A stretch of DNA of 64,000 bases from Eledone cirrhosa (Eukaryota). The notes below the pieces were generated by a model, which searched no databases, was not told the DNA's origin, and worked only from the letters and a program-made list of their open reading frames with translations. Made by a program: the position numbers and the translations under genes. How positions within the stretch are numbered: position 1 is the stretch's first letter; each line of letters begins with the position of its first letter. The DNA lies in contig OZ024748.1 of assembly GCA_964016885.1 (NCBI GenBank), positions 47,554,001 to 47,618,000 of the forward strand, written 5' to 3'. This document shows positions 59,252 through 64,000 of the stretch, piece by piece.

Positions 59252-59346
59252 ATGTATATATATATATGTATATATATCTATATGTATTTGTTTATATGTA
59301 TGTATATATATAGAGAGAGATAGATATGTATATATATATATATATG

Positions 59347-59401
<55 letters not shown>

Positions 59402-59495
59402 TCCATCTGATAGTTTGTAAAATTTTTACATAGATCTATATGATATACATACCAACACACACATTTATATATATATACATATATATATATGTATA

Positions 59496-59554
<59 letters not shown>

Positions 59555-59555
59555 G

Positions 59556-59678
<123 letters not shown>

Positions 59679-60352
59679 GATATCTATATGTATTCCAGAA
59701 ATATTATCATTTACAACATAAGTTTATATGTTAACATATACCTCTCCTTGATAACAATTCAATTAAGCCTAACAAGTTGAATATTTTCAAAATAGTTCGG
59801 AGACGAATATAACTTCCATTCCATTACAAATGAGAATACTTTTCTAACTTCCAAAACTGTAAAGTAAGTTATCTGCTTTGCACACTTATACATGCATGTA
59901 TACATATATATATATATATATACATGCATATATACTGAGAGATAGAGAGGGTGAATAAGATAGAGAGGGTGAGTAAGATAAAGAGGGTGAGTAAGGAAGA
60001 GAGAGTGAGTAAGGAAGAGTGAGTGAGTAAGTAATGTACGTGGGTGATATATATATATATATATATATATATACTATAGAGTAAAGCATGTCCAGAGAAT
60101 TATTTGATAATATATATACATCATCTCTACTCCCAATCAGCATAATTAACCACACAAAAAATCAATTAGACCAGGCTATAAGAATAAAAGACATCTATGA
60201 ATAAACAGAAATTAAATACGCTATTGTGGCGTCTTCGCGTGCAACCGCTATGGAATATTTACCCAAATATAAATATATATTAGAAAGTGAGGTTTTTTTA
60301 GAAAATGAAAATGACCGAGGTGTCCTACACGAGTGAAAGTATAAAGACAAAA

Positions 60353-60627
60353 AGATGAAATCAAAAATGCAACTGGAGTCTTATTTTTAAAAAAAATATA
60401 TATATTTATTTGGTTCCTTTACCGGTTTCGCAGTTCTTCTGCTTTTCAAAAGTAGAGTTGAGGTGGAGGGTCTGTGGTTTTTCTCACATGTGAGAAAAAC
60501 CACAGACCCTCCATCTCAACTCTACGTTTGAAAAGCAGAAGAACTGCGAAACCAGTAAAGGAACCAAATAAATATATATATATATATTTTTAAATAAGAC
60601 TCTCCAGTTGCATTTTCGATTTCATCT
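60353..60627. mobile_element. Fold-back family G (about 135-bp arms, apex CATG 60487-60490)
   Basis: Palindrome carrying a variant hammerhead CTT-TTGAAAA-GCAG-AAGAA-CTGC-GAAA-CCGG-TA-AAG on - (about 60417-60453), with a mutated copy on +. Confidence 0.8.
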
Positions 60628-60632
60628 ATTTT

Positions 60633-60688
<56 letters not shown>

Positions 60689-60814
60689 ATATAAGCAAAG
60701 GGATATTTAATTTGTTGGTAATTCAACAAATATATATATTTATAACAGATTCGAAGCACTCGACAAGTTTTCTGGAGTATAATATCATTGATATTAATAT
60801 ATAGAAACTATATT

Positions 60815-60875
60815 TATTCTATTATATATATTTCAAGGGTACCAAAACTTTGGTACGCTCTCATCAGATAAAATA
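60815..60875 (-). ncRNA. Minimal type-I hammerhead ribozyme (family E, long arm)
   Basis: Reverse complement of 60994-61054 with one stem II change. Confidence 0.8.
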
Positions 60876-60993
60876 CAAAGATTCTTTTATAAATATTGAC
60901 ATATCCAGTTCAAGTTTTACCTGGATAAAACTTGAAACTTGAGCCGTTAAGGTCTCATTCCTGGATATGTCAATATTTATAAAACAACCTTTG

Positions 60994-61054
60994 TATTTTA
61001 TCTGATGAGGGCGTACCAAAGTTTTGGTACCCTTGAAATATATATAATAGAATA
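60994..61054 (+). ncRNA. Minimal type-I hammerhead ribozyme (family E, short arm)
   Basis: TATTTTAT-CTGATGA-GGGCGTACCAAA-GT-TTTGGTACCCTT-GAAA-TATATA-TA-ATAGAATA. 8-bp stem I, palindromic stem III. Confidence 0.8.
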
Positions 61055-61095
61055 AAAATGGTTTTATAAATATAGTTTCCATGTATTAATATCAT

Positions 61096-61208
<113 letters not shown>

Positions 61209-62119
61209 GAGAGAGTGAAGGAGGAGGAGGGAGAAGGGAAAGGGAGAGAAGGGAGAGAGAGATGGAGAGAAAGGAGATAGAATATACGTGGGTGGGTATA
61301 TATATATATATATACATATATGTGCGTGTATATATATATATATACATATATGTGCGTGCGTGTTAATGAGGAGAAGGAAAATTAAACAGGAAAATGTAAG
61401 ATATATAAATATGTGAACATTGGATGAAGGAGAAGTGAGGGGAGGAGGAGAGAGAGGAGGGGGCAACGCCTACGGGACAGAGAAGGTGGCGGCGGGGGGG
61501 ACTACATACATTGATTATACATGTGATTGATATTGATAAGGAAACGGAGAGAAATATAGCGGAAATAGCAGAAGAAGAAGAAGATGAAAAGAAAACGAAG
61601 AGAAAAACGAAAAGAAAAAAGAAAAGAAAACGAAGAGAAAAACGAAAAGAAAAAAGAAAAGAAAACGAAGAAGAAGAAGAAGAAGAAGAAGAAGAAGAAG
61701 AAGAAGAAGAAGAAGAAGAAGAAGAAAAAAAGGAAACGAAGAAGAAGAAAAAGAAAAAGAAAAAGAAAAAGAAAAAGAAGAAAAAAGATGAAAGAAGAAA
61801 AAGAAAAAGAAAAAGAAGAAAAAAGATGAAAGAAGAAAAAGAAAAAGAAAAAGAAGAAAAAAGATGAAAGAAGAAAAAGGAAAAGAAAAGAAAAAGAGAA
61901 AAAGAAGAAGTAAAAGAAAAAGAAGAGAGGAAAGTCAGGACATTGACATTGACTGTGCAGGGAATAGAGATGATCGATATATATATTTTAAAATAAAGCA
62001 AAACCATATTTTTTTTTTAAAACCAAAAGACAACTACAAAAATACTGATTGAAGTTATTTTTCCAATTATAAAAAAAAACAAAGATGTCAGTTTACCAAG
62101 AATCTGCAGTTTTTCACAC

Positions 62120-62428
62120 GAATTACCTTTAAACAACACATAGGAGATAGTTATCAACAGAGCCATACATGTTAGAAAGGAGTACTCTAAATATTGAAAC
62201 TATGTTTAAAGTACTTCAAAGATACTATAAGCTTATATGAATTACCTTTAAACAACACATAGGAGTTAGCTATCAACACAGGCATACATGTTAGAAAGGA
62301 GTACTCTAAATATTGAAAGGATGTTTAAAGTGCTTCAAAAATACTATAAGGTTATACGAATTACCTTTAAACAACACATAGGAGTTAGCTATTATCATAG
62401 CCATACATGTTAGAAAGGCGTACTCTAA
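62120..62428. repeat. 119-bp tandem repeat, about 2.6 copies, cut by the Chapaev element
   Basis: GAATTACCTTTAAACAACACATAGGAG at 62120, 62239 and 62358. Confidence 0.9.
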
Positions 62429-62431
62429 TTA

Positions 62432-64000
62432 CACCGTGAACAAAAAAAAAGATGTTTCTCTCTTCCTGGCTTGTAATCACTTTTTTTTGTGTTGCTTAGG
62501 TTCCAAATACATAAAAAAAAAGTGCTATTAAACAGTTAAAAGTTTGGGTTTGTAAAAATTCTAAGCTATTCACTAGAATTATTTGTATGCTGGATTTTAC
62601 TTCGTATGTAAGTTTAATTTGCTTATGTTAAATGAGTTTTTTTTATATATGTTTCAGGTTAAATTAAAATTATAAAATAAAGAGTAATACCTAAAGAAAA
62701 TTATAAAAGTGCAATAAAGTGTAAAATTGTTAAAAAGTGGATTAAAGAGATTTATTGATACTGGATTTTCGCACCTTGAATAAAGGGTAAGTTGTGTTTT
62801 AAGCACGAATTTTCATTAGTATGATTAGTGTTCTTTTATATTATTTAAATATGTATTTCCCTTTCCAATATTTATTTTGTATTGCATATCAAATTTATTT
62901 TCCAAGACAAGTATTCTGATGAAGATGAGGAGATGGATGCTGAGGACTTGGATTACCTGCCTGAGGTACCAGAAAAAGTTCCTCACTTCCCAAACCCAAA
63001 AGAAGTCAATGACTTGGTCAGGGATATGGGTCTGACCAAGTCCAATGCAGAGCTATTCGTCTCCAGGATGAAGCAGTGGAACTTGGTCAAGGAGGAAGTG
63101 CAGGTGACAAGTCAGAGAAGTCGACACGAACCTTTCTCAGGCTTTTACACTCTTAGGGATGGCCTCTGCTTCTGCCATGACGTGCCTGGACTGTTTGACG
63201 TTATTGGGGCACCGTTTGTGCCCAAAGAGTGCTCCACCACAAGTTTGAAGGTTGTCCTCCTCCACAATGGAAACAAGTTCCCGACACTGCCCCTAGCTTA
63301 TTCAGTCTGCCTGAAGGAAGATTACTACAGTGTGAAAGTCCTCTTGGAAGCTCTGCAATACAACCAGTACAATTGGGAAATCATTAGAGACTTCAAGATG
63401 GTGGCTTTCCTGCTTGGACTCCAAGGAGGCTTTATCAAATTCCAATGCTTCCTCTGCCTTTGGGACAGCAGAGCCACCTCTGACCACTACAAAAGAAAGA
63501 ACTGGGAGCAACGAACAGAATTTGTAGTTGGGACCCGGAACGTCATGTGGGAGCCACTGGTTGGCCCCAGGATTGAGCTCATGCCGCCACTGCACATTAA
63601 GTTGGGGATGATGAAGCAGTTTGTGAAGGCTCTCAACCAAGAATCAGCCGCTTTTAAGTACCTTCTTGAGTTCTTCCCCAAGTTATCTGATGCCAAAATC
63701 AAAGGTGGAAATTTTGTTGGACCTCAGACAAAGAAAGTGTTTGAGTCTACCGAGTTCTCCAATAAGCTCAATAGGATTGAGAGAACAGCATGGAACTGTT
63801 TCAAGGCAGGTGTTAAGGGTTTCCTGGGCAACTACAGAGCTGAAAACTACCAGCAACTGGTGCAGGATCTGATAAAGGTTTTTGCGCCATGGGTTGCAGG
63901 ATGTCGCTTAAACTCCATATGCTGGACGCTCACCTGGAAAAGTTCAAGGACAATATAGGCGCCTACTCAGAAGAACAAGGCGAACGATTCCACCAAGATG
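62432..64000 (+). mobile_element. Chapaev3-like (CMC) DNA transposon, continues past the window
   Basis: TTA|CACCGTGAACAAAAA left end, with the transposase downstream. Confidence 0.7.
62882..64000 (+). pseudogene. Chapaev3-type transposase, defective
   Basis: NDLVRDMGLTK, SLKVVLLHNGN, CFLCLWDSRA, PPLHIKLG and LSDAKIK. Frameshift near 63885 into MGCRMSLKLHMLDAHL..YSEEQGERFHQD. The start is uncertain. Confidence 0.8.

Noticed and set aside
61363-62052. Poly-E/K/R ORFs
   Set aside because: (GAA)n and (GAAAA)n purine tract.

Overview
This is non-genic, extremely repeat-rich eukaryotic DNA. The microsatellite load and SINE types suggest an octopus or other cephalopod, which is an inference. Almost every ORF in the supplied track is a microsatellite artefact. 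Real coding remnants are a degenerate Helitron Rep/PIF1 (47969-51615, -), a 5'-truncated Penelope-like element (PLE) with RT C-terminus and GIY-YIG endonuclease (54288-56778, -), a Chapaev3-type transposase running off the right edge, CR1-like and RTE LINE 3' ends, and possibly a decayed GPCR. There are also tRNA-derived SINEs, hAT and piggyBac MITEs, non-autonomous Helitron ends and several minisatellites. The main unexplained structure is a set of about seven mutually unrelated families of fold-back elements inserted in (TA)n arrays. They share one architecture: (TA)n - short inverted arm - apex - long arm - unique tail - (TA)n. Five families carry a minimal type-I hammerhead ribozyme motif in each arm, and the two arms of a copy share copy-specific substitutions. 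The coding PLE sits in the same target and carries the same kind of hammerhead, so it is a candidate mobiliser. A separate ~600-bp RTE-derived element carries a possible HDV-like ribozyme, and one copy shows a twin-priming inversion.
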